64,000 nucleotides of DNA, taken from assembly GCA_964422025.1 (NCBI GenBank), contig CAYQYZ010000004.1, positions 7,768-71,767 of the forward strand. Reading direction: 5' to 3'. Numbering within the stretch: position 1 is the first letter of the stretch; each line of letters begins with the position of its first letter. The DNA comes from an uncultured Gammaproteobacteria bacterium (GTDB lineage Bacteria; Patescibacteriota; Microgenomatia; UBA1406; HO2-37-13b). Below, in pieces: positions 1 through 8,891 of this stretch. The position numbers and the translations under genes are program-made. Below the pieces are notes generated by a model. It did not search any database. It was not told where the DNA came from and was given only the letters and a program-made list of their open reading frames with translations.

Positions 1-1
1 G

Positions 2-685
2 GGCATTGGAACATTGTTGATCGTGAATAAAAAAGGTTCGCTCGATGCGGTTGCCGCTATGAAAGCATCGCTTCCGCTTATAGTACCAATGGTATTTGCG
101 TATTTGCTCGTATCATTTTTAGTATTTGGGTCAATGGTATTATTATTCTTTCCGGGTCTTTTGGTGCTTATATTACTTTCTTTTGCACAGCTTGATGTAG
201 TACTGGGTAAGCATGAACCTTTTGCTGCATTGCGCCGATCGGCATTTATGGTGCAAACAAATTTTGGACAACTATTTGTTCACTTAGGTTCAATTTTCCT
301 CGTATACATCGCAGTTTTTATGATTCTCCCAAACATTCTTAGTAATGCGGCTCCTCAGTTGAAGGGGTTGATAAGTATTTTGTCGAGTGTGGGTGGCATT
401 GTGTGGGGATGGTTTATGGTTGCCTACATGGTACTTTTGTATAAAAAACTTTCAGCCGATGTGCGTGAGAAGAAAATATGGTGGATGTGGGTAATGGCAG
501 TAATTGGATGGGTGTTATTCTTCTTGCTCATGTCGACAATAATGCGTGTAGTTACTTCACCAGCATTTATGGATACGTTTAAAAAGCAGCGCCCAGGTAT
601 GCAAAATGAAAAAATGATGCAACAATATAAGCAACAAATGGAACAATACGACTCTTCGCAAGACTCAGATACGTATACACAGTAA
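2..685 (+). CDS. polytopic membrane protein, unknown function; frame is open to the window edge so the true start may lie upstream (track start at 14 is TTG)
   Basis: Long ORF with several hydrophobic helices (e.g. LPLIVPMVFAYLLVSFLVFGSMVLLFFPGLLVLILL) and a Q/M-rich C-terminal tail; no family motif recognised. Confidence 0.6.
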   Translation, partial: GIGTLLIVNKKGSLDAVAAMKASLPLIVPMVFAYLLVSFLVFGSMVLLFFPGLLVLILLSFAQLDVVLGKHEPFAALRRSAFMVQTNFGQLFVHLGSIFLVYIAVFMILPNILSNAAPQLKGLISILSSVGGIVWGWFMVAYMVLLYKKLSADVREKKIWWMWVMAVIGWVLFFLLMSTIMRVVTSPAFMDTFKKQRPGMQNEKMMQQYKQQMEQYDSSQDSDTYTQ

Positions 686-781
686 AGCTCAGTAAGGACT
701 ACTATAGATCTATTTGTACCCTTTGTTTCTACTTAATTCTACTTGAAATGACAATATAGATGTATGTACTCTTAAATGGTG

Positions 782-825
782 GTACGAGTGCTTAACAGAT
801 AGAACATAGTAATAAGCACGAGTAC
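782..825 (+). promoter_or_regulatory. 5' UTR stem-loop upstream of the 839 gene
   Basis: GTACGAGTGCTTA (782-794) pairs with TAAGCACGAGTAC (813-825): 13-bp stem with a 2-nt internal mismatch and an 18-nt loop, ending 5 nt before the GGAAGGAGG Shine-Dalgarno. Confidence 0.3.
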
Positions 826-838
826 TACACGGAAGGAG

Positions 839-1189
839 GTGAAAAATATGTCAATCAAAAGAACAATGCTTTCAATCGCTTCAGGAGTTGTTATGTTTGC
901 TCCTTTGGCCGGAAATGTGCATGCGGCAACAGTAAATTGTAGTAGTAATAAAACAACAGTTGTTACCGTAGTAAACAGTAATGTAAGCATGACCACACAA
1001 ACAGTAATGCAAAGTAACAATACTGGTGGAAATGTAACTATGGGTAATATTGGAGGAGGAGGAATTAGAACTGGAAGAACTCGATCGATGGCTAATTTGA
1101 GCACTGGTGGAAACACTAATGGAACGATGCTAACGTTAACCGGAGGAGGATCTTCAAATACCTGCAATGTAGTAAATACAGGGAACTAA
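839..1189 (+). CDS. small secreted Gly/Asn/Thr-rich protein, unknown function
   Basis: Strong SD (GGAAGGAGGTG) 5-8 nt upstream; signal peptide ending AGNVHA-AT; mature part has TGGN/GGGG repeats and one Cys near each end; followed by an intrinsic terminator. Confidence 0.75.
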   Translation: MKNMSIKRTMLSIASGVVMFAPLAGNVHAATVNCSSNKTTVVTVVNSNVSMTTQTVMQSNNTGGNVTMGNIGGGGIRTGRTRSMANLSTGGNTNGTMLTLTGGGSSNTCNVVNTGN

Positions 1190-1210
1190 GGATCTAAGAA
1201 TGATCATAAG

Positions 1211-1235
1211 GGGGAAGCGAAAGCTTCCCCTTTTT
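1211..1235 (+). terminator. rho-independent terminator of the 839..1189 gene
   Basis: GGGGAAGC-GAAA-GCTTCCCC perfect 8-bp hairpin followed by TTTTT. Confidence 0.85.
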
Positions 1236-1732
1236 CATTGGTTACTTGCTACGCATTCGCAGTCGCCACCTTGGCAGACCTTCACGGTTCCGGCAGAACA
1301 TGAAAATAGGACAGGGTTAGGAGTGATAGTCGGTTGGCCTGCTGAAGACGTGGTTGGATTGATGCCAGATGATGGAGTCGTTTTTGGACTCGTCCACGAA
1401 CAGAAGCCACTTATGCATGAACCTTGAGTACATTGACCAAGAGGTGGGCATTGCACGCATGCCGTGTCGCTTGTGCATGAAATTGATGATTCGGGCCCGG
1501 ATGTAGGTAGGCTCTCTAGGGGCTCTACGGTTGGCAATGGGCTCGGAATAACCGTTATAACGGGCGTCGCTTCAGGAGTTACTTCTTTAGGTGTAGAGTT
1601 TCGAAAATAGACATACGTAGTTCCAATTCCCAAAAACATGGCAATAAGAATCGTGGCCAAAGCTTTTTTGTAGGGGGAATGGGAGGTGGGTGTCTGAGTA
1701 AAGAGACTCGATGGTAATGGAGTGTAGTTCAT
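1235..1732 (-). CDS. membrane-anchored Pro/Thr/Ser-rich protein with Cys-rich C-terminal domain, unknown function
   Basis: N-terminal TM (ALATILIAMFLGIGTTYVYF), PT-rich linker, then 12 Cys in the last ~80 aa (CTSDTACVQCPPLGQCTQGSCISGFC...). Confidence 0.6.
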   Translation of the reverse strand: MNYTPLPSSLFTQTPTSHSPYKKALATILIAMFLGIGTTYVYFRNSTPKEVTPEATPVITVIPSPLPTVEPLESLPTSGPESSISCTSDTACVQCPPLGQCTQGSCISGFCSWTSPKTTPSSGINPTTSSAGQPTITPNPVLFSCSAGTVKVCQGGDCECVASNQ

Positions 1733-1767
1733 GAAATTTATTATACATAAATTTCATGATTCTTTTT

Positions 1768-1810
1768 GGCAACCTGGGAGGTGGAACGTGCGTGGCAACC
1801 TTCGAGGTTG
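1768..1810 (+). repeat. dispersed double-hairpin repeat, family 1, copy A
   Basis: GGCAACCTGGGAGGTGGAACGTGCGTGGCAACCTTCGAGGTTG; core palindrome CAACCT-TCGA-GGTTG; lies just 3' of the stop of the 1817..3025 gene. Confidence 0.8.
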
Positions 1811-1816
1811 TCAATA

Positions 1817-3025
1817 TTATTCGTAGCGGATTGCTTCAATTGGCGACAAGTTTGCAGCTTTGCGGGCAGGAAATACGCCGAAGATAATTCCAATGAGTGA
1901 AGATACGCCGAATGCGACTAAAACTGAAGTAAGATCAATATACGCTGGGAATACACGTTGGATAAAGAAAACAATTATGTATGAGATGGCGACTCCGCTA
2001 AATCCGCCGATAAGCGAAAGGATGACTGATTCAGCCAGGAATTGCGATAGAATATCTCGGCTTGTAGCCCCAATTGCTCTGCGTATTCCAATTTCACGAG
2101 TACGCTCCACAACTGATACATACATTATATTCATAATACCAATTCCACCGACGAGCAGGGAAATTCCTCCAATGAATACAAGGAGCGTGTTGAGTACTCC
2201 AAAGATCGAGCTTACTGCATTCAAAATCTCGGTTTGTTCGATAACGGAAAAATCATCTTCTTTATAGCGAATTAAGAGTGAATCGGTAACACGAGCTTTT
2301 GCGATGTTAACTGCATCTTCATTGGCGACTTTCACATAAATTCCCACAAAGTTTTTGTCGGGGTTAAAGCTGTATACCGACTTATACGGAGCGTATGTAA
2401 AACTGTCAAGATCGGGCCCTCCAAATCCACCGCCTCCTTTGGACTCAAGTACTCCGATTACTCGAAATGCCTGACCTTCGATTTGTACATTTCTGCCCAC
2501 AGCAGCCGCAGATGATCCAAAGAGCTTTTTTGCTAGAGTTGGGCCAATGACAACAATTTTAGACCGCTTATCTACGTCTGTCTTTTTAAATATGCGTCCT
2601 TGGTCAATGGTTAAGTTACGAATCGTAAACATGTCTGCGGTAGTACCATAGAGGTCGGAAACCTCTGTTTTTTTACCAGCGGTCATACTAACGGCTCGGC
2701 TAAAAATTGGCACTACATAGCTGACTGATGGTACTCGTTTTAGCTTTGCAACATCGCGCTCGTCGAATTTAACTCCTCCGAGTCCGCTTGAACCTCCACG
2801 AAAACTTCCACCCGAAAAAACTTTTCCCGGCAGTATGACAATTAAATTAGTTCCTAAACTCTCAAATTGATTTTTAATGTATTGTTTCAAGCCGAGCCCA
2901 AAAGCAATAAGAAGAACGACTGATGCTACGCCAATGAGAATTCCAAGCGATGTTAGAAAAGTGCGTAATTTGTTGCGCTTAAAGTCTTCCAAAGCCGTCT
3001 TGATTATAAATATAAAATAGTTCAT
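1817..3025 (-). CDS. ABC transporter permease, MacB/FtsX family
   Basis: N-terminal TM, large extracytoplasmic domain, then C-terminal FtsX-type 3-TM bundle (GGIGIMNIMYVSVVERTREIGIRRAIGA). Confidence 0.9.
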   Translation of the reverse strand: MNYFIFIIKTALEDFKRNKLRTFLTSLGILIGVASVVLLIAFGLGLKQYIKNQFESLGTNLIVILPGKVFSGGSFRGGSSGLGGVKFDERDVAKLKRVPSVSYVVPIFSRAVSMTAGKKTEVSDLYGTTADMFTIRNLTIDQGRIFKKTDVDKRSKIVVIGPTLAKKLFGSSAAAVGRNVQIEGQAFRVIGVLESKGGGGFGGPDLDSFTYAPYKSVYSFNPDKNFVGIYVKVANEDAVNIAKARVTDSLLIRYKEDDFSVIEQTEILNAVSSIFGVLNTLLVFIGGISLLVGGIGIMNIMYVSVVERTREIGIRRAIGATSRDILSQFLAESVILSLIGGFSGVAISYIIVFFIQRVFPAYIDLTSVLVAFGVSSLIGIIFGVFPARKAANLSPIEAIRYE

Positions 3026-3687
3026 GATATTTCTCCGTCGACAACTTTTATTTGGCGCTGTGCGCGTTTGGCAACATCGGCTTCGTGCGTAACAATAATA
3101 ACGGTAATTTTATCCTTTTTATTAAGCTCTTGAAGCAGGTCAAGGATCGTGTTCCCCGTTTTTGTGTCTAAATTTCCAGTAGGCTCATCGGCAAGAATAA
3201 ATGAGGGTTTCATAATTAACGCGCGGGCAATAGCTACGCGCTGTTGTTGACCTCCGGAAATTTTATTTGGAAATGAATCGGCTTTGCTGTCGATTCCGAA
3301 ACGCTTTAAAAGCTCCATTCCACGAACTTTTGGATCGTAATCGAGCTTTTTTCGTGCGTAAATGGTTGGAAGTAGTATATTTTCTAAAATCGTCAATTTA
3401 TTGATTAAATTAAACTGTTGAAACACGAATCCTACAAATTCACTGCGTAGTTGTGAAATTTCATCATCATTGAGCGTGGAAATGTCTACCCCGTTAATAA
3501 CGATCTTTCCGCTTGTAGGTTGATCTAGTAGCCCTAGAATATGCATAAGCGTTGACTTTCCGGAACCGGATGGCCCTAGAATAGCCACAAATTCTCCTTC
3601 CTTAATAGCTACTGAAACGTCTTTGAGGACCGTGAGTGATTCATCTTCGAGTTCGTACGTTTTGAATATCTTACTGAGTGAAATCAT
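3022..3687 (-). CDS. ABC transporter ATP-binding protein (MacB/LolD-type)
   Basis: Walker [10 protein letters not shown], signature [15 protein letters not shown], Walker [12 protein letters not shown]; ATG at 3687 (MISLSKIF...) preferred over track start 3750, which lies inside the upstream gene. Confidence 0.92.
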   Translation of the reverse strand: MISLSKIFKTYELEDESLTVLKDVSVAIKEGEFVAILGPSGSGKSTLMHILGLLDQPTSGKIVINGVDISTLNDDEISQLRSEFVGFVFQQFNLINKLTILENILLPTIYARKKLDYDPKVRGMELLKRFGIDSKADSFPNKISGGQQQRVAIARALIMKPSFILADEPTGNLDTKTGNTILDLLQELNKKDKITVIIVTHEADVAKRAQRQIKVVDGEIS

Positions 3688-4702
3688 AAATAGTTTCGCC
3701 TTTGGACAGTCCAGATGTAATTTCGATGGTTTCATCGCCTTCAATGCCAATCTTTACAAATTTTTTATCTCTTTTGCCTTTCATAACCACATCGACGTAT
3801 TTTTTGCCATCAGCGTCTTCTTTAAGATAATTGGAAGGAATAGTGAGCGTGTCTTTTTTTTCGCGCATAGTAAATAAAACGTCACCCGTCATTCCCTGAC
3901 GATATTGCTCGTTCCATTCTCCGGATAACGGGAGTTTAATGGCATATACGGTAGAAGTTTCACCGGCCTTAGGTACGAAGGAAATGGATGAGACAGCTGA
4001 ATTAATGGTGTTATCCGAGAACGAATCAAGCGTAATAAGGCCTGTTTTGCCAATAGAAAGTTTGGTAACTTCGCTTTGATCAGCAGTTGAAGCAAAATAG
4101 ATTGATTCTGGGTTAATTATTTCAAACTGCGCAGTTGCCGGGGAAACATTAACGCCTGCGATAGGAGCGCTAATTGAAGTTACAATTCCTGCGATAGGAC
4201 TGTAAATATTGGCGTATTTAACTGCAATGTCAGTTAGTTCAACGTCGAGAACGGAATTATTTAATGTGTTTTGAGACTGATCAAGCGTGCGTGAAATGGC
4301 GTCGTTTAAGGCTACATCTTTATAATCTGCTTTTGTTTGGTCGAACACACTTCGGGAAATTGAATAGGTATTAAGCTGTTTTTGGAGCCGTTTCTTAAGA
4401 TCTCGTTGGTCAAGCGACGCAATGAATTGGCCCTTTTTGACATAATCGCCTTCTTTAACTGCTACTGCAGTAAGCATGCCGCCTGTTTGGAACGTAAGGA
4501 CAGTCTGTTCATCGGCATTAATGGTGCCAGAAAGTGTGAGCGTTTCTTTAATTGTTTCTTGTTTTACGGTTGTTTTTTGAACGCCTTCAAGTTCTGTGCC
4601 TGACTGCGCGCGATAAATAAGGAATACAAGGGCAAATGCAAGAACAGCAGTAACTTTTTTGTGAGTAAGTATCCATGTTTTTAGTGAAGTGATTTTGTTC
4701 AT
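3671..4702 (-). CDS. efflux transporter periplasmic adaptor (HlyD/MacA family membrane fusion protein)
   Basis: N-terminal TM anchor, lipoyl-like and coiled-coil segments, C-terminal beta-barrel; first gene of the adaptor-ATPase-permease operon. Confidence 0.8.
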   Translation of the reverse strand: MNKITSLKTWILTHKKVTAVLAFALVFLIYRAQSGTELEGVQKTTVKQETIKETLTLSGTINADEQTVLTFQTGGMLTAVAVKEGDYVKKGQFIASLDQRDLKKRLQKQLNTYSISRSVFDQTKADYKDVALNDAISRTLDQSQNTLNNSVLDVELTDIAVKYANIYSPIAGIVTSISAPIAGVNVSPATAQFEIINPESIYFASTADQSEVTKLSIGKTGLITLDSFSDNTINSAVSSISFVPKAGETSTVYAIKLPLSGEWNEQYRQGMTGDVLFTMREKKDTLTIPSNYLKEDADGKKYVDVVMKGKRDKKFVKIGIEGDETIEITSGLSKGETIYDFTQ

Positions 4703-4726
4703 ACTGCGCCATTATACCGTATATCT

Positions 4727-4735
4727 TGGTATAAT
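4727..4735 (+). promoter_or_regulatory. extended -10 box TGGTATAAT upstream of tRNA-Cys
   Basis: TGnTATAAT match, 24 nt upstream of tRNA position 1. Confidence 0.5.
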
Positions 4736-4759
4736 AAAAGTGGAAAGTTGCACTGCAAC

Positions 4760-4831
4760 GGCACGTTGGCGAAGTGGAAACGCGGGAGTCTGCAAAACTT
4801 CTATGCGCCGGTCCGATTCCGGCACGTGCCT
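4760..4831 (+). tRNA. tRNA-Cys (anticodon GCA)
   Basis: Hand fold: acceptor GGCACGT/ACGTGCC (7/7), D stem GCG/CGC, anticodon arm GGAGT-CTGCAAA-ACTTC, T arm GCCGG-TCCGATT-CCGGC, discriminator U; CCA not encoded. Confidence 0.9.
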
Positions 4832-4874
4832 CATAATCGACCGAACCCGCAAACTTGACTTGGGACCCCAAAAA

Positions 4875-4883
4875 TGGTATAAT
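4875..4883 (+). promoter_or_regulatory. extended -10 box TGGTATAAT upstream of the CAP-domain gene
   Basis: TGnTATAAT match ending 14 nt before the ATG at 4898. Confidence 0.5.
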
Positions 4884-4897
4884 ACCAGCTTGTCTTT

Positions 4898-5581
4898 ATG
4901 ACACTCGTAACGAAAGTTACCTTCCACATTCTTGTGGCGACAGTCGCCTCATTTATGCTGGGAACCATACCGATAGCACGGGCAAATCTGGATTCAAAAC
5001 CCACGACAATGGCATGTACGACGATCTCCCTGTGTCCTAAAACGCCCAAGATATGTAATGCACCTGTTGGCGACCCAAAGCCTGAACAAGTCATTTTTGC
5101 TGCTTTACAGGCCGAGTATGTACCTCCTGCGCCTGTTGAACCTGTCGTTCTTGGAGCAACCGCTCCAGTAGTCGCTCCCGCCACGCCCGAAACTCCTATT
5201 GTTCCTGTAGTACCTGGTTTTGACGCCAGTGGCCAAAACAATCCTGATTTGATTTTGCAGCTTATTAATGCTATTCGAACCCAGGCGGGATTGCCTGCTT
5301 TTGAGAAAAATGACGCGCTTTGCGCAGTAGCCGAATCACGCACGCCTGAAATTCCGGTAGAAGTCGCAAATGGACGATTCCACAGTGGTTTACATGCTAA
5401 AAACTTGCCATACTGGATTACCGAGAACATGAAATATGGAAGTAATGATGGCGGAACCGTGCAATGGTGGATGAATTCACCGATTCATCATGCTGCCATT
5501 ATGGGTAATTCTAAATATAGCTGTGGAAAATGTGTCGGAAATGCGTGTATTCAACTGTTTACGAGCTTTGAACCTAAATAA
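4898..5581 (+). CDS. secreted CAP/SCP (YkwD-like) domain protein
   Basis: Signal/anchor, Pro/Val-rich linker, then C-terminal CAP-like block (LINAIRTQAGLPAFEKNDALCAVAESR ... WWMNSPIHHAAIMGNSKYSCGKC). Confidence 0.8.
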   Translation: MTLVTKVTFHILVATVASFMLGTIPIARANLDSKPTTMACTTISLCPKTPKICNAPVGDPKPEQVIFAALQAEYVPPAPVEPVVLGATAPVVAPATPETPIVPVVPGFDASGQNNPDLILQLINAIRTQAGLPAFEKNDALCAVAESRTPEIPVEVANGRFHSGLHAKNLPYWITENMKYGSNDGGTVQWWMNSPIHHAAIMGNSKYSCGKCVGNACIQLFTSFEPK

Positions 5582-6709
5582 TTATAGGAAGGGTTTCCAA
5601 TCTGCGATGGGTGCTGCGTTGTGTCCAATGAAATTCCATGCATACAGGTAAATTGCAGGGAGAATGATGAGAGACGCGAGTAGGAACTTCTTAGAAGTAA
5701 TGATTTTTTCACCAGCAATTACGGCTAGTGGCCATAACGGCAAGCTATATCGGGCAATATCACGGTGTTCTACGAAGATTGTGGCTATAAAAAACGTAAC
5801 AGCAAAGTAAAAAAAGCTCCGGTGAATGCTGTGTCGCAGTGTAACAATTGTTGCTGCATATATTCCAAAGTAAAAAATAACGTCTTCGAGCCAAATTGTA
5901 CCTACCCATTTTGCTGCTTGGTTGAACACTGCGTAGGGTGAAACAAGTGGAACAACTGCATTTGTGTGGAAATAGGCGAAAAAGTCGTTATATTGACCTG
6001 CGTATATTCCAAAAACTCCCAAAAGACCCAAAGGAATTATGAGGGTGTACATAGATCGCCAGTTAAATTCACGGTTGCTCAGGTATCTCTCTGCATACAC
6101 CAGCCCATAGGCGACAAATAGCAAAATTCCCGGTAACTTTGTGGCTACTGCAAGCGCTCCCAATACACCTGACAGGACTAATTTATTCTTCTCGAAAAGA
6201 TACAGCGAGCCTAGAATTAGTAGCATAAATAAACTCTCTGGCGAACCAATAGAACGTACGACTAGGAATCGGGGCAAAAACAGGAAGACGCCGGTTAAAA
6301 GCAGTGGTCGGCGCGATAAATTAAAGTCCTTAACTACATAATGAAGCAAAAACGCCAGGGCAATCGTGAAAACAACATTAACCAAAATCATGGCTCTCAA
6401 ATAGCCTGTTACTGGTCCTACCATAGCTATAAATGCCGGATACAGTGGTAAATGGGCCGCAAAATATTCCGGATTCAGGTTAAGACCTACTTGTAGACTC
6501 TGGATTGCAGATGGATTATAAAACGTTTTGGCCACAATTATATATAAAGGGCCGTCGTAATTGGCGTAAACTGTTAGAAAATTACGCATAAATGGCACCC
6601 ATGCAAGTAGGGTACTTCCTAAAACTAAATAGAGTAGAGTAAAATAAGGGTATATGAGCCGTTTCATAGATGCGATAAAGATCATTGTAACAAAAAATTT
6701 GTTCTTCAC
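5582..6709 (-). CDS. polytopic GT-C-like membrane glycosyltransferase (family uncertain)
   Basis: 375 aa, almost entirely TM helices; early loop YDGPLYIIVAKTFYN resembles mannosyltransferase-type GT-C enzymes. Track start 6709 is GTG; ATG at 6667 (MKRLIYPYF) sits 16 nt downstream of a TGTTACAAT box and may be the real start. Confidence 0.65.
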   Translation of the reverse strand: MKNKFFVTMIFIASMKRLIYPYFTLLYLVLGSTLLAWVPFMRNFLTVYANYDGPLYIIVAKTFYNPSAIQSLQVGLNLNPEYFAAHLPLYPAFIAMVGPVTGYLRAMILVNVVFTIALAFLLHYVVKDFNLSRRPLLLTGVFLFLPRFLVVRSIGSPESLFMLLILGSLYLFEKNKLVLSGVLGALAVATKLPGILLFVAYGLVYAERYLSNREFNWRSMYTLIIPLGLLGVFGIYAGQYNDFFAYFHTNAVVPLVSPYAVFNQAAKWVGTIWLEDVIFYFGIYAATIVTLRHSIHRSFFYFAVTFFIATIFVEHRDIARYSLPLWPLAVIAGEKIITSKKFLLASLIILPAIYLYAWNFIGHNAAPIADWKPFL

Positions 6710-8135
6710 GAGCTTACTTTTGGCAGGAGCGTTTTTGAGATTTTATAAACTTCAGGAATTTACGATATTTTTGTCGGATCAGGGAAGAGACGCTCTAATA
6801 GTTAAAGATATCGTTACATTAACCCATTTGCCCCTTATTGGAGCACCAACTTCCATAGGGCAAGTATTTTTGGGTCCTGCGTACTATTACTTAATAGCGC
6901 CATTTTTGCCGCTATTTAATTTCAATCCGGTAGGGCTTTCGTATGGAGTCGCTGTGTATTCATTACTTGGAGCAATTGCCTGCTACGCTGTTATTAAGCG
7001 GGAAATTAACATAGCTGTTGCTTTACTATTCTCTGTTTTAGTGCTTTTTTCGAGCGTACAACTTGAGCTTTCCCGTTTTTCGTGGAATCCAAACTTGTTG
7101 CCTATTTCATCATTTTTTGCGCTGTATTTTTTGTACAAGCTCTTTAACTCTCCGAAGGTGCTATATGGAGCGTTATTTGGGTTCTTTTTGGGACTATCGC
7201 TTCAGTTTCACTATCTTGCGCTACTCTTGGGACCTGCGATTGCAGTGTTTTATGGTGTGTTTTATATGCAAAACAGCGGATCTCTCAAAAAAACACTCAA
7301 GGCCACGATCATCGCCCCTACAATCGCGCTCTTTATTAGCATAAGTCCACTTATTCTATTTGACTTGCGACACAATTTTATTAATAGTTCAAACTTCTTA
7401 AAACTATTTACTGAGCAAAAAGATATTCCCCACGAACTTCTTTCCACCCGTTTCCTAAATGTAAACAATGCATTTATGAATTTGTTTTTCCATCATCAAT
7501 TTAGTGTAAGTCAAGCATTGGCTCTGAGCATTACGCTGTTTGCTATATATATTGTAGTAAGTAAGCGCTGGAGAGTTCCATATTTCATTCACATGAACGC
7601 GATTGCCGTGTTTTTGTTTGTAATTTTCTTTGCATTTTTGCAAACCCCCAGACATATTCACTATTTCACGCCCATATATTTGAGCTTTTCATTAGTGCTT
7701 GCTTACCTGCTCTCCTTACTCACACGACTTAAGAAGTGGGGAGTAATCGTTCTTGCAATTCTTCTTTTTGCATACTTGCGACTTAATTTATACAACTTGC
7801 CTTTCTTGGTTCCTGCTGGAAACGGACAAATTAATCATGCACAGCGAGTTGCACAGTTTATTGGTTCAAAAGTAGGAAACGAGCCATACAATATTGCAAC
7901 ATGGCCGGTGTATTTTACCGAAGACAATTATATTTATTTCTTAAGTTTACAAGGACAAGCTCCGGCTGACCGTAAAAAGCTTGAGATAACGAATCAAATG
8001 ATTGTATTATGTGGCGAGGAGCCGTGCTTAGTGGAAAACTCTCCGTCATGGAATATTTCTATGTTTGGACCTGCAAAAATTGATACAATGTGGGAAATAG
8101 AAGGAATAAAAGTATATAAATTACTTCATAAATAA
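6654..8135 (+). CDS. polytopic GT-C-like membrane glycosyltransferase, paralog family II
   Basis: 493 aa multi-TM; shares DQGRD first-loop motif and [ED][IL][KR]H[ND]F motif (FDLRHNF) with the 27064 and 28547 genes. Confidence 0.7.
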   Translation: MSRFIDAIKIIVTKNLFFTSLLLAGAFLRFYKLQEFTIFLSDQGRDALIVKDIVTLTHLPLIGAPTSIGQVFLGPAYYYLIAPFLPLFNFNPVGLSYGVAVYSLLGAIACYAVIKREINIAVALLFSVLVLFSSVQLELSRFSWNPNLLPISSFFALYFLYKLFNSPKVLYGALFGFFLGLSLQFHYLALLLGPAIAVFYGVFYMQNSGSLKKTLKATIIAPTIALFISISPLILFDLRHNFINSSNFLKLFTEQKDIPHELLSTRFLNVNNAFMNLFFHHQFSVSQALALSITLFAIYIVVSKRWRVPYFIHMNAIAVFLFVIFFAFLQTPRHIHYFTPIYLSFSLVLAYLLSLLTRLKKWGVIVLAILLFAYLRLNLYNLPFLVPAGNGQINHAQRVAQFIGSKVGNEPYNIATWPVYFTEDNYIYFLSLQGQAPADRKKLEITNQMIVLCGEEPCLVENSPSWNISMFGPAKIDTMWEIEGIKVYKLLHK

Positions 8136-8141
8136 CCCGTC

Positions 8142-8891
8142 ATGACTATTTCACTCATCATTCCGTGCTACAACGAAGAAGCAAATATCCAAAAAGGAGT
8201 GTTAGATAGAATCGGAAATTACACTGGGGAAAGAAACTACTTTAAAGAGGTAATCATTGTTGATGATGGATCGAGCGATGATTCTGCAGCGATTGTTAAA
8301 AAAGAGTACTTAACTCATTTTCCTAAATTCCGATTAATCGAAAATGCACATGCTGGAAAAGGTGAAGCAGTAATTTCAGGTATTGAAGCAGCTAAGGGGG
8401 AATATATTTTGTTTGCTGATATTGATTTGGCAACTCCTTTGGAAGAAGCGGAAAAATTGATGGAAAAGGCTAGTGATGAATTTCCTATTGTTATTGGTTC
8501 AAGAAAAAGCGCTCGAGCTGGAGCGCCATTTTTACGAAAAGTGCAATCGGTAGGATTCATAATTATTCGTGATATTTTTTTAGGTTTAGGGGGACTGAAA
8601 GATACACAATGCGGATTTAAAATGTTTCGCAGAAAAGAGGCGCTTGAAATAATTTCTCGACTTGCGGTGTTTGAAAAAAATCATGTGGTCGATGGATCAT
8701 CGGTTTCTGCAGGGTTTGATTTGGAATTTTTATATATCGCGCGGCTGCTTGGATACGGCATTGCAGAAGTTCCGGTACGATGGAAACATGTTGAGACAAA
8801 GAATGTGAAGTTTATAAAAGATACCATTGAAACGCTTAAAGACTTGGCTCGAATCAAATATTATTCCATGACAGGAAAATATAAAAAATGA
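8142..8891 (+). CDS. GT2 glycosyltransferase, polyprenyl/dolichyl-phosphate sugar synthase-like
   Basis: SLIIPCYNEE, VIIVDDGSSDDS, ADIDLATP motifs typical of GT-A fold family 2 (Alg5/GtrB-like). Confidence 0.88.
   Translation: MTISLIIPCYNEEANIQKGVLDRIGNYTGERNYFKEVIIVDDGSSDDSAAIVKKEYLTHFPKFRLIENAHAGKGEAVISGIEAAKGEYILFADIDLATPLEEAEKLMEKASDEFPIVIGSRKSARAGAPFLRKVQSVGFIIIRDIFLGLGGLKDTQCGFKMFRRKEALEIISRLAVFEKNHVVDGSSVSAGFDLEFLYIARLLGYGIAEVPVRWKHVETKNVKFIKDTIETLKDLARIKYYSMTGKYKK

Noticed and set aside
772-1167. 131-aa minus-strand ORF overlapping the small secreted-protein gene
   Set aside because: It is antisense to a gene that has a strong SD, a signal peptide and a terminator. Its low-complexity Pro/Val/Thr sequence is the mirror of the Gly/Asn/Thr repeats.
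4587-4927. Several 70-94-aa ORFs (4587..4871-, 4689..4901+, 4712..4927-)
   Set aside because: They run across tRNA-Cys and its promoter, which makes them spurious.
4831-5430. 199-aa minus-strand ORF
   Set aside because: It is antisense to the CAP-domain gene, which has a recognisable domain. The antisense product is Gly/Ala/Thr low complexity.
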